Assembly: GCA_021801645.1 (NCBI GenBank)
Contig: JAJYXT010000065.1
Location: 7,501-71,500 of the forward strand
Source of the DNA: a bacterium
GTDB lineage: Bacteria > Chloroflexota > Dormibacteria > Aeolococcales > Bog-877
Length of the DNA: 64,000 nucleotides
Direction: 5' to 3'
Shown here piece by piece: positions 20,165 through 28,580 of this stretch (the first letter of the stretch is position 1; every line of letters begins with the position of its first letter). Below the pieces are notes generated by a model. It ran no database searches and was not told the DNA's origin. It saw nothing but the letters and a program-made list of their open reading frames with translations. The translations under genes and the position numbers were made by a program.

Positions 20165-20680
20165 TCAGGCGGGATCGGGAAGGCTGGCCGGGCGGAAGAT
20201 GACGCTCTGGTAGACGAGGAACTTGGCCACCCAGAGCAGCCCGTAGGTGGCCAGGTAGGCCGCGGCCGCCTCCGCGACCCGGGCCGCGTGGGCACCGGTG
20301 GCGTGGTCGGAGGCGAGGCCGGTGGCCGCCGCCGCCAGCAGCATCCCCGCCACCGTGACGGCCCAGTAGAGCGCCAGCTGCAGTCCGGCGCGGCGGCGGT
20401 CGGCGTCCGCCCATATCCAGTAGCGGCTGAGGACATACGAGATCATGCCGCCAGTGACGGTTGCGGCCATCGCGGCCGCCGGTGCCGGGAGCAGCCGGAT
20501 CGCCAGGACGGCGATCAGGGTGGCCTCGGAGACCGCCGTGGATACCCCGGAGGTGAGGAAGTAGCGCGAGATTCGCCGGACCCCAGGGGGCAGCCGGTGC
20601 GCTCTCACGGGCCGGGCGCTCGGGGACGCCTGCGGCCGCTCAGCGATGGCGGGGCGCGGCGGGGCGGCCAGCGCGCTCAC
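20165..20680 (-). CDS. GtrA-family membrane protein
   Basis: RY..SG.ST, SYVLSRYWIW, KFLVYQSVIF; four TMs. Confidence 0.85.
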   Translation of the reverse strand: MSALAAPPRPAIAERPQASPSARPVRAHRLPPGVRRISRYFLTSGVSTAVSEATLIAVLAIRLLPAPAAAMAATVTGGMISYVLSRYWIWADADRRRAGLQLALYWAVTVAGMLLAAAATGLASDHATGAHAARVAEAAAAYLATYGLLWVAKFLVYQSVIFRPASLPDPA

Positions 20681-21375
20681 TCCGCTTGGCCCCCGTTGCT
20701 CTGGTTGTTCCTGATGCGCAGGCGACCCTTCTCCATGACCGCGGTCCGCGGGGCCCTGCGTGCGACCTGGCTGTCGTGGGTGGCGACGATGAGGGTGAGT
20801 CCGCGCGAGCTTCGGAGCCCCTCCAGGAGCGCGACAACCTCGTCCCTGGTCCCCTCGTCCAGGTTGCCTGTGGGCTCGTCGGCCAGCAGCACCCTTGGCT
20901 CCTTGACCAGGGCCCGGGCGATCGCCACCCGCTGCTGCTCTCCGCCGGAGAGCTCAAGGGGGTAGAAACCCGCCCGCTCGCCCAGGCCGACGTCGTCCAG
21001 CGCCGCCCGGGCCCTCCGGCGGGCCTCGTTCGGCGGCACGCCGAGGGGAACCAGGGCCGCCTGGACGTTCTCCGCGGCGGTGAGGGTGGGCATCAGGTTG
21101 TAGTTCTGGAAGACGAAGCCCAGGGTCCGGGCCCGGGTATCGGTCAGCTGCCCGGAGCGGAGCTGGGAGAGGTCCTTGCCGTCCAGCAGGATCGAGCCAG
21201 AAGAGGGCCGGTCCAGCGCCCCCAAGAGCAGCATGAGGGTGGTCTTGCCACTGCCGGTTGGACCCTGGATCGAGAGGAACTCCCCATCGGCGACCTCAAG
21301 GTCCACCCGGGCCAGGGCGGCCACCTCCTTCCTGCCCTTTCTGTACAGCTTGGTGACCTGCCTCAGCTCATACAT
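20677..21375 (-). CDS. ABC transporter ATP-binding protein (LolD/MacB type)
   Basis: GPTGSGKT, LSGGEQQRVAIARAL, LADEPTGNLD. Confidence 0.95.
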   Translation of the reverse strand: MYELRQVTKLYRKGRKEVAALARVDLEVADGEFLSIQGPTGSGKTTLMLLLGALDRPSSGSILLDGKDLSQLRSGQLTDTRARTLGFVFQNYNLMPTLTAAENVQAALVPLGVPPNEARRRARAALDDVGLGERAGFYPLELSGGEQQRVAIARALVKEPRVLLADEPTGNLDEGTRDEVVALLEGLRSSRGLTLIVATHDSQVARRAPRTAVMEKGRLRIRNNQSNGGQAE

Positions 21376-21399
21376 CCCCAACTCCCGTGGACCTGGGCA

Positions 21400-22800
21400 T
21401 CAGCCCACCTGCCTCAGCGCCTCGGCGGGCTGGAGCCGGGCGACCCGCCAGCCCCCGATGCCACCTGCCAGCAGCCCGCCGGCCACCGCCAGGCCGACCG
21501 CAAGCCCCAGCGTGGCCAGCCCCACGGTCCCGTTGAGATGGACCGTCACGGTGTGGCCGCCGCCGCCCAGGGCGGCGCCCGGCCGGAACCGGCCAGCGGC
21601 GGCGGCAAGCGCGCCTCCAGCCCGGGGGAAGGTGCTACTGCCTACCACCGTCTTCACCGTGCCTCCGATTCGGCCCACGAGGTACGCGCCGAGGAAACCC
21701 AGCCCCACCCCGAGAGTCGCTCCCACTACCCCCTCGGCCAGCCCCTCGCCCAGGATCTGCCCCACCACCCGGCGGGTACGCCACCCCAGTGCCTTGAGCG
21801 TGCCGAACTCGCGCACCCGGGCGCTCACCGAGGAGAGGCTGAGCATGGCCGCCAGGGCGAAGGCGACGATCAGGACGATGACGGCGAGCCAGGTGCCCAG
21901 CGAACCGGCGAGGCCAGAAGTGGCGCCGAGGGAGCTGGAGACCTGCGACGCGAGCGTCGCGGCGGTGGTGACCGTTGCCGAGGGGAGCAGCCCGCTGACC
22001 TCTCGGCTCACGGCGGACACTCCGGAGCTGCTCTGAGCCTCCACGTAGATGGTGTTCACCTGGTTCGCCGCCGAACCCAGCGCCTGGGCTCGCTCAAGGG
22101 GGATGTAGACGTCTGAACCCGTGCCCCCACTTGGGGGAGACACCACTCCCAGCACCCGGTAGGACGACCCGCCGAGCGTCACCGTCGAGCCTGCCTTGAG
22201 CCCCTGCTGCTTGGCGTACGAGGCGTCCAGCAGCGCCACCTGGGCGTCCTGATCGGAGCTGGCGAAGTAGTGCCCGGACAGGAGGGTGGTGCCGCTGAGC
22301 GGCCCGACCGCCGGGTTGTTGATGTCAACACCCACGATCGAGACGGTGTTGGCGGAGAACGATGGTGGCCCCGTTGTCGAGGAGGGCGGGCCCGAACCCG
22401 GAGTGAACTGCCCCGAGAAGGTGATGGAGATGAGCGAAAGGCCCCCGACGGCGCTGCGGACCCCGGACAGCGCAGCCACCTTGGTCACGTCCGTGTTCGA
22501 CAGCAGGGCCAGGCCGGGGCTGGAGCCGATGTGCGAGCCACTGAAGGATCGCGGTGCCGAACCGGCGGCGCCCCCGAAGTGGAAGCCGCCGCCGGAGCCG
22601 GCGGTCGGCGCCTTGGTCACGGTGAGGTCGGTCCCGACGCCGTAGAGCGAGTGAAGCACCTGGTCCTGGGCGGAGCTCGCGGCCGATGAGGCTGCCCCGA
22701 CGGTCACGACCAGCCCCACGCCCACCGCCAGCCCGAGAGACACCAGCGCCGCCTGGCGCCGCCGGCGCCGCAGCTCGCGCAACAGGTAGGTGAAGAACAC
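21400..22800 (-). CDS. ABC transporter permease (FtsX/MacB type)
   Basis: MFFTYLLRELRRRRRQ start, large extracytoplasmic loop, REFGTLKALGW, ARLQPAEAL. Confidence 0.9.
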   Translation of the reverse strand: MFFTYLLRELRRRRRQAALVSLGLAVGVGLVVTVGAASSAASSAQDQVLHSLYGVGTDLTVTKAPTAGSGGGFHFGGAAGSAPRSFSGSHIGSSPGLALLSNTDVTKVAALSGVRSAVGGLSLISITFSGQFTPGSGPPSSTTGPPSFSANTVSIVGVDINNPAVGPLSGTTLLSGHYFASSDQDAQVALLDASYAKQQGLKAGSTVTLGGSSYRVLGVVSPPSGGTGSDVYIPLERAQALGSAANQVNTIYVEAQSSSGVSAVSREVSGLLPSATVTTAATLASQVSSSLGATSGLAGSLGTWLAVIVLIVAFALAAMLSLSSVSARVREFGTLKALGWRTRRVVGQILGEGLAEGVVGATLGVGLGFLGAYLVGRIGGTVKTVVGSSTFPRAGGALAAAAGRFRPGAALGGGGHTVTVHLNGTVGLATLGLAVGLAVAGGLLAGGIGGWRVARLQPAEALRQVG

Positions 22801-22847
22801 GCCCCTCTCCTGGGTCGACTTCGATCGATTCCACGATGGCGGAAGGG

Positions 22848-22888
22848 GCTTGGGCGAGGCTGGGCTGAAGCTGGGCGAAAACTTAGAG
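22848..22888. promoter_or_regulatory. Tandem 11-bp-period direct repeats, candidate OmpR-family binding site
   Basis: GCTTGGG / GCTGGG / GCTGGG / ACTTAGAG at 22848, 22859, 22870 and 22881 in the divergent intergenic region. Confidence 0.4.
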
Positions 22889-22957
22889 GCACCGGCTGTC
22901 AGCACTAGACTCGGGAGAAGTCCTAAGAGTCCGCCGGAGACGGTTGGGGGAGATGCC

Positions 22958-23881
22958 ATGGACCACGTTTTGGCGCCGGGGGTGCTGGAGATCGACACCG
23001 AGCTCGGCGGGTGGCCCGAGCTGAACGCCGTGTTCCTCATCGACGCCGAACGGCCCTGCCTGGTAGAGACCGGGCCCCAACTGGATGCCCCCAGGGTTCT
23101 TGCTGCCCTGGACCGTCACGGGCTCGGCCCCGACCAGCTGGCCTACGTGATCCTCACCCACATTCACCTGGACCACGGGGGGGCGGTGGGGGAGTTCGCC
23201 CGCCACTTCCCCAAGGCTGAGGTGATCTGCCACCCCCGCGGGCTGCGCCACCTGGCCGACCCCACACGGCTGGTGGCGGCGGCGGCCAACGTGTACGGGG
23301 CGCGCCTGGACACGCTGTACGGGCGGATGACCCCCGTTGAGGCGGCCCGCCTCCGTGCCGCCGAGGACATGGAGAAGCTGGACCTGGGGGCCGGCCGCTC
23401 GGTCACCCTGGTCCACTCCCCGGGGCACGCCAAGCATCACATCGCGATCCTGGATGACACCAGTGGGGTGCTCCTGGTGGGCGACGCCGCCGGGGTGAAG
23501 GTGCCCGGCGGCGGCCCTCTGCGCCCCGCCACCCCTCCAGACGACTTCGACCTGGAGCTGGCCGCCACCTCACTGCACAAGCTGGCCGCTCTCCGGCCGA
23601 CCCAGCTGGTGCTCACCCACTTCGGGCCGGCGGGAGATCCCCAGGAAGTGCTCGCCGAGGCGGAGGAGACGATGCGCCACTGGTGCCGGGTGGCAGAGGA
23701 GGCTTGGAGCGAGGGGAACTCCCTCGACCACATCGAGCGGGCGCTGTTGGAGAGGGCCTACGAGCCTGCACCGGACCCGAGCCGCCAGCCGGTGGTGGAC
23801 GCCCTCAACGGGATCGCGTCCAACGCCGCCGGCATTCTGGGCTGGTTGAGACGGAGGGGGGCCGGGACCGAGGCGGGCTAG
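22958..23881 (+). CDS. Metallo-beta-lactamase fold hydrolase
   Basis: THIHLDHGG, PGHAKHH, GDAAG, THFG. Confidence 0.92.
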   Translation: MDHVLAPGVLEIDTELGGWPELNAVFLIDAERPCLVETGPQLDAPRVLAALDRHGLGPDQLAYVILTHIHLDHGGAVGEFARHFPKAEVICHPRGLRHLADPTRLVAAAANVYGARLDTLYGRMTPVEAARLRAAEDMEKLDLGAGRSVTLVHSPGHAKHHIAILDDTSGVLLVGDAAGVKVPGGGPLRPATPPDDFDLELAATSLHKLAALRPTQLVLTHFGPAGDPQEVLAEAEETMRHWCRVAEEAWSEGNSLDHIERALLERAYEPAPDPSRQPVVDALNGIASNAAGILGWLRRRGAGTEAG

Positions 23882-24372
23882 CCGATCCGCACCGCTGCCG
23901 CCGTGGCCGCGACCTGGCGGCGGTGGGAACGCTCGTGTCCGGCGAGCCACCGGCCGTAGGAGAGGACCGAGCGTTGGAGCGGGCGGCCCGCGCCGGTGAC
24001 CACAACCGTCCGCTCCCACTCGACCGGCGGCAGCCGGCTGAGCAAGGGGAGGAGAGCATGCCGCTGCTCCGTGTACGCCTGGAGCGAGACGTCGAAGGGC
24101 AGGGTGCGATAGTTGGTTCGCTCCACCCAGGTGAGGGGGTTCACCGCGCGGAGCGGCCCCCGCTCCCCCTCGGCGATGGCCGCCATCGCCCCGCCCCACA
24201 CATCCGCGCAGGACCTGAGGTGGGCCAGGACCTGGACCAGGGACCACTGCCCCGGCCCGGGTGCCGCCGCCGAATCGCCTGGCGCCAAACCCCGGGTTTC
24301 GGCCGCGATCTGGGCCGGAGCGCCCGCCAGGAGCGCCAGGATCTCGTCCGGGCGGAGAGAGTTGCGGACCAT
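23878..24372 (-). CDS. DinB/YfiT-superfamily protein
   Basis: WSLVQVLAHL and HERSHRRQV metal-binding pattern. Confidence 0.85.
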   Translation of the reverse strand: MVRNSLRPDEILALLAGAPAQIAAETRGLAPGDSAAAPGPGQWSLVQVLAHLRSCADVWGGAMAAIAEGERGPLRAVNPLTWVERTNYRTLPFDVSLQAYTEQRHALLPLLSRLPPVEWERTVVVTGAGRPLQRSVLSYGRWLAGHERSHRRQVAATAAAVRIG

Positions 24373-24600
24373 TGGCACACCTCCCCGAAGCGCGATTCGC
24401 GATCCCTTTCCGAGCTGGAGGTGACCTCCTTGGACCCTCGGCGGGCGGCTGGGCCCATCGTACGGCGGCCCCGGTGAGCAGATCAAGGGGGGTGGTCACG
24501 GCCGCGACCCAGGCCCCAACTTGCGATCGGCGAGATCGACCCATACAATGCGGCTCATTCGCCCGACTTCGGGCATCCAGTCCAGCGGAGGGGCACCCAC

Positions 24601-24750
24601 ATGGCCGTCACCGGTTTCTGCATGAAGTGCAAGACCAGCCGCGAGATCAAAGACCCCCAGCCCACCACCCTCAAGAACGGCAAGCCGGCCGTGACGGGCA
24701 CCTGCCCCGTCTGCGGGACCAAGATCTTCAAGATCGGGAAGGCGGCCTGA
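24601..24750 (+). CDS. Small zinc-ribbon protein (DUF5679-like, 49 aa)
   Basis: MAVTGFCMKCKTSREIKDPQPTTLKNGKPAVTGTCPVCGTKIFKIGKAA; SD GGAGG; upstream TACAAT; below the ORF-track length cutoff. Confidence 0.88.
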   Translation: MAVTGFCMKCKTSREIKDPQPTTLKNGKPAVTGTCPVCGTKIFKIGKAA

Positions 24751-24799
24751 TCACCGGCGCCGCCGTGCGGGACCCCCGCGGATGCGGGGGTGCCCGCCG

Positions 24800-26197
24800 G
24801 TGACCGGCGGAGCAGGGGGCCGGGAGGCTCGGCTCAGCGGGCGCCAGCGCCCGTTGGTGGACACGCTTTCGCGCTGGGTGGGGATACCCTCTGTAAGCAC
24901 CGACCCCGAGCACGCGAAGGATGTGGCCGCGTCGGCGCGGTTCCTTCGGGATCACGCTCTGAGCTCGGGCATGACGAGGGCCGAGGTCTGGGAGACGGCG
25001 GGCCATCCGGCGGTCTTCGCCGAGCGGATCGAGGACCCGACCCTCCCCACGGTCCTGGTCTACGGCCACCACGACGTCCAGCCGGTGGACCCGGTGGAGG
25101 AGTGGGATGCCGCTCCTTTCGTGCCGCTGGAGCGGGATGGGCAGCTCCTGGGCCGGGGGACCGCGGACGACAAGGGCCACATGGTGATGCACCTCGAGGT
25201 CGTCCGGGGGATCCTGGACGCTGCCGGACGCCTCCCCATCAACCTCAAGATGATTGTGGAGGGAGAGGAGGAGGACGGTTCGGAGCACTTCGACCAGCTG
25301 GTGGCCGAGCACCGCGGCGACCTGGCCGCGGACGTGTGCGTGGTCAGTGACACCGGGATGCTGGCCGAGGACCAACCGGCGCTCACGGTTGGCCTGAGAG
25401 GCCTCGCCTATTGGGAGATCGAGGTCCGGGCCGCCAGGACCGACCTGCACTCGGGCGTGTATGGAGGGGCCGTCCTCAACCCGCTCGCGGTCCTGGCCGA
25501 CCTCCTGGCCGGGCTCCACGACCGCCAAGGCCGGATCACGGTGGAGGGCTTCTACGATCAGGTCACCGAACTCACCGCTGAGGAGCGCTCCCAGCTGGCC
25601 GCGGTTCCCTTCGACGAGGCCGGCTTTCTCGCCGATGTGGGAGCGGTCAAGGGTGGCGAAGCCGGCTACACCACCATGGAGCGCCGCACGGTGCGGCCCA
25701 CCCTGGAGATCTGCGGCGCCTGGGGCGGCTACCAGGGGGAGGGGGCCAAGACGGTGATCCCGGCGCGGGCCGGGGCCAAACTCTCCTCGCGCCTGGTCCC
25801 TCACCAGCGGGCCACCCAGGTCACGGAGGTGGTGGAGCGCCATCTCCGTCGCGCTGTGCCCCCGGGTGTGGAGCTGGACTTTCGCCTGATCCACGATGGG
25901 CCTTTCGTCCTCACTCCCACCGACCACCCCGCGGTCCAGCTGGCGGCCACGGCCGTGGAGACCGTCTGGGGACGGCCGCCGGCGTACATCCGAGAGGGAG
26001 GGAGCATCCCTCCCGTGGCCACCCTGGCCGGCGAGCTTCAGCTCCCCTGTGTGCTCTTCGGGGTCGGCCTTCCCGGCGACCGGATCCACGCCCCCAACGA
26101 GCGGGTGGTGCTCAGCCAGCTCTTCCGGGGGATGGAGGCGGTGGCCGAGATGTGGCGGCTCTTCGCGGAGGCGGGCCGGAGCGGCCTCAGCCGCTGA
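24800..26197 (+). CDS. M20-family dipeptidase
   Basis: YGHHDVQP, GRGTADDKG, EGEEE, DLHSG, GGSIP, HAPNE; start uncertain. Confidence 0.93.
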   Translation: MTGGAGGREARLSGRQRPLVDTLSRWVGIPSVSTDPEHAKDVAASARFLRDHALSSGMTRAEVWETAGHPAVFAERIEDPTLPTVLVYGHHDVQPVDPVEEWDAAPFVPLERDGQLLGRGTADDKGHMVMHLEVVRGILDAAGRLPINLKMIVEGEEEDGSEHFDQLVAEHRGDLAADVCVVSDTGMLAEDQPALTVGLRGLAYWEIEVRAARTDLHSGVYGGAVLNPLAVLADLLAGLHDRQGRITVEGFYDQVTELTAEERSQLAAVPFDEAGFLADVGAVKGGEAGYTTMERRTVRPTLEICGAWGGYQGEGAKTVIPARAGAKLSSRLVPHQRATQVTEVVERHLRRAVPPGVELDFRLIHDGPFVLTPTDHPAVQLAATAVETVWGRPPAYIREGGSIPPVATLAGELQLPCVLFGVGLPGDRIHAPNERVVLSQLFRGMEAVAEMWRLFAEAGRSGLSR

Positions 26198-26867
26198 CCC
26201 GGGCCGCCTCGGCCAGCGGCTGGATGGTGAGGTCCGGAAGGGGCCTGTTGGTGTAGAGGACCAGCTGGTCCCCCACCTCCAGCACCGAGTCCAGGGGGAT
26301 CTCCTTCCCCTGGCGCAACAGGAGCAGCAGCCGTTCCTCGCGGAGCTCGGGGGTCTCGGCGGCCCGCCGACCGTGCCCACCCGGGGGGATGGAGAGCCGC
26401 ACCACCCCGGCCTGGGTTCCCTCTAGGGGAAGCCGCTGGGCGTCACTGTGGGTGGCGAGGGCGCTGTCGATCTCGTTGAGGATCAGCTCGGTGGCGGAGA
26501 CGGCCACGTCCACCCCCAGCCGCTGAAACAGCTGGACGTTGCTGGGGTTGTTCACCCGGGCCACGGTGTGCGGCACCTTGAACTGCCGCTTGGCCAGCTG
26601 GCAGGCCACCAGGTTGTCCTCGTCGTCGCCGGTCACGGCGGCCACCACGTCGGCCCGCTCGATCCCACTGGTGGCCAGGAAGGCCATCTCATCTCCGTCG
26701 CCCACCAGGCAGGCGCAGCTTCCCAGCTGGGCGGAGATCGACGCCGCCCGGGTGCGGTCCTTCTCGATCAGGGCCACCTCGTACCCCGCCCCCAGCAGCC
26801 GGTGGGCCAGGTAGTACCCCACCTTGCCGCCGCCGATCACGATCACGTAGGCGGGACGGTCAGCCAA
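26187..26867 (-). CDS. trkA: TrkA/KtrA-family RCK protein
   Basis: GGGKVG, GDG, VTGDDEDNLVACQLAK, ARVNNP; degenerate C-terminal domain. Confidence 0.88.
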   Translation of the reverse strand: MADRPAYVIVIGGGKVGYYLAHRLLGAGYEVALIEKDRTRAASISAQLGSCACLVGDGDEMAFLATSGIERADVVAAVTGDDEDNLVACQLAKRQFKVPHTVARVNNPSNVQLFQRLGVDVAVSATELILNEIDSALATHSDAQRLPLEGTQAGVVRLSIPPGGHGRRAAETPELREERLLLLLRQGKEIPLDSVLEVGDQLVLYTNRPLPDLTIQPLAEAARVSG

Positions 26868-27321
26868 GGCTTGCCACCAGCGATCCGGTGAGCTCGGAGC
26901 GGGCCTGGTCGGCCGCCTCCGGACCCTGCTCGAAGTAGGTCCGCGCGATCGCAGCGCCCACCAGCGTGGGGCAGTAGGTGTACAGCCCCATCTCCCGATA
27001 GACCGCCTCCCGGATGGGGTCGTAGATCCGGGTCATGACCCGGGGGATCTTGAAGATCTCCTTGGCGATCTGGGCCGACATGATGTTGCGGTTGTCTCCG
27101 TTGGTGACCGAGACGAACCAGTCCGCCGCGGGGGCACCGGCCTCTTCGAGCACATGCTGGTCGATGCCGTTGCCCAGGACCATCCGGCCGGGAAAGTGGC
27201 TGCCCAGGCGGTCGAACGAGGCCCTGGAGGTGTCCACCACCGTGACGTCGTGCCCCGCGGCCGCCAACTCCCGGGCGAGCACCGACCCCACCCGGCCACA
27301 CCCCACGATCACCGCCTTCAC
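26860..27321 (-). CDS. trkA: TrkA-N-only RCK protein (CeoB-like)
   Basis: VIVGCGRVG, GNGID, TNGDNRNI, RIYDP; GTG after TATACT. Confidence 0.88.
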   Translation of the reverse strand: MKAVIVGCGRVGSVLARELAAAGHDVTVVDTSRASFDRLGSHFPGRMVLGNGIDQHVLEEAGAPAADWFVSVTNGDNRNIMSAQIAKEIFKIPRVMTRIYDPIREAVYREMGLYTYCPTLVGAAIARTYFEQGPEAADQARSELTGSLVASLG

Positions 27322-27390
27322 GACGAGGTGAGTATAGCCCGGCTCCTGGAGCACCCCGCCGGACGGTCCGAGCGGGCACAATGGGTGGCC

Positions 27391-27918
27391 GTGGCATCGA
27401 GATTCTTCCGCCCCGGGGCGGCCGCCGAGTCGGAGCGCACCGGGGTGCTGGGCCCGCGCCGGATCGTGGTCCCGGTCCAGGGGGTGCTGGTGGATGAGGA
27501 TGCGCTGCGCGCCGCCTGCCGGCTGGCCCGGCCCGCCCGGGCCCAGGTCCTGGTGCTGACCGTCCTGGAGGTGCCCCGGCACCTGCCGCTCTCGGCCAGC
27601 CTCGGCGAGGAGCTGGGAGTGGCCGAGGAGATGCTGGCGCGGATGGAGGAGCTGGCGGCGAAGCTGGGGACCAAGGTGGAGACCGAGGTCCTGCAGGCCC
27701 GGGACGCCGGCCCGGCCATCGTCGACGAGGCCCGGCGCTGGGGGGCGGACCTGGTGGTGGTGGGGCTGGGCGCCCCGGCCCAGTTCGGTGAGTTCACCCT
27801 GGACCGCACCGGCCAGGAGCTGCTCAACCGGGTGCACTGCCGCCTGGTGATGATCCGGGAGGAGCTGGAGGCGGAGGCGCAGATGCGGGCGGTGGCCGTC
27901 CGCGAGGGCCCGGACTGA
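27391..27918 (+). CDS. Universal stress protein
   Basis: RIVVPV, ARDAGPAIVDEA, ADLVVVG; divergent from the trkA pair. Confidence 0.85.
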   Translation: MASRFFRPGAAAESERTGVLGPRRIVVPVQGVLVDEDALRAACRLARPARAQVLVLTVLEVPRHLPLSASLGEELGVAEEMLARMEELAAKLGTKVETEVLQARDAGPAIVDEARRWGADLVVVGLGAPAQFGEFTLDRTGQELLNRVHCRLVMIREELEAEAQMRAVAVREGPD

Positions 27919-27928
27919 GCTCCAGCCC

Positions 27929-28543
27929 TCAGCCCCGCGCGGCGCGGCGCCGGCGCACCACCACCCATCCCAGGTAGGCGAGGAGGCCCACCAGGACCAG
28001 CCCGCCGGCGATCAGCAGCCCCCGGCTGCCCAGGTGGAGGATCGCCTGGTAGTGGCTTCCCAGCGCGTCCCCCACCGAGGTCACGGTGGTGCACCAGACC
28101 AGGGCGCCCAGGAGCATGGCCGGGTAGAAGACCCTGGGGGGGATGGCGGCGATCCCGGCGGCGTAGGAGGCGAGGTTGCGGGCGAAGGGGATCACCCGGG
28201 TGAGGAAGACCCCAATCCCGCCCCGGCGCCGGACCCAGATGGCGGCGTGGTCGAGGCGCTCCGCTGAGATCCCGACCCGGCCGGCGATCCTGATGACCAC
28301 CGGCCTTCCCAGGGCATAGCCGATCTGGTAGGAGACCGCTGCCCCAATCGCCGAGCCCAGGGTGGCACACAGGATGAGGGGGACCAGGGACACCGATCCC
28401 CGGTGGGCCAGGAAGCCCAACGTCAGCAGCACCGCCTCATCAGGGAGGGGCAGGCCGACCGACTCCCCGGCCAGCCAGAGGAGGACGAAGGCGTACACCC
28501 CGAGCGGTGGGAGGTGGGTGAGCTGGGAGAGTATCTGGCTCAC
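27929..28543 (-). CDS. DedA-family membrane protein
   Basis: ESVGLPLPDE, GSAIG..SY.IG, TRVIPFAR. Confidence 0.9.
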   Translation of the reverse strand: MSQILSQLTHLPPLGVYAFVLLWLAGESVGLPLPDEAVLLTLGFLAHRGSVSLVPLILCATLGSAIGAAVSYQIGYALGRPVVIRIAGRVGISAERLDHAAIWVRRRGGIGVFLTRVIPFARNLASYAAGIAAIPPRVFYPAMLLGALVWCTTVTSVGDALGSHYQAILHLGSRGLLIAGGLVLVGLLAYLGWVVVRRRRAARG

Positions 28544-28580
28544 CGGCAGCTCAGCCCCGCGGGGCGGAGGCGGCCGCCGA

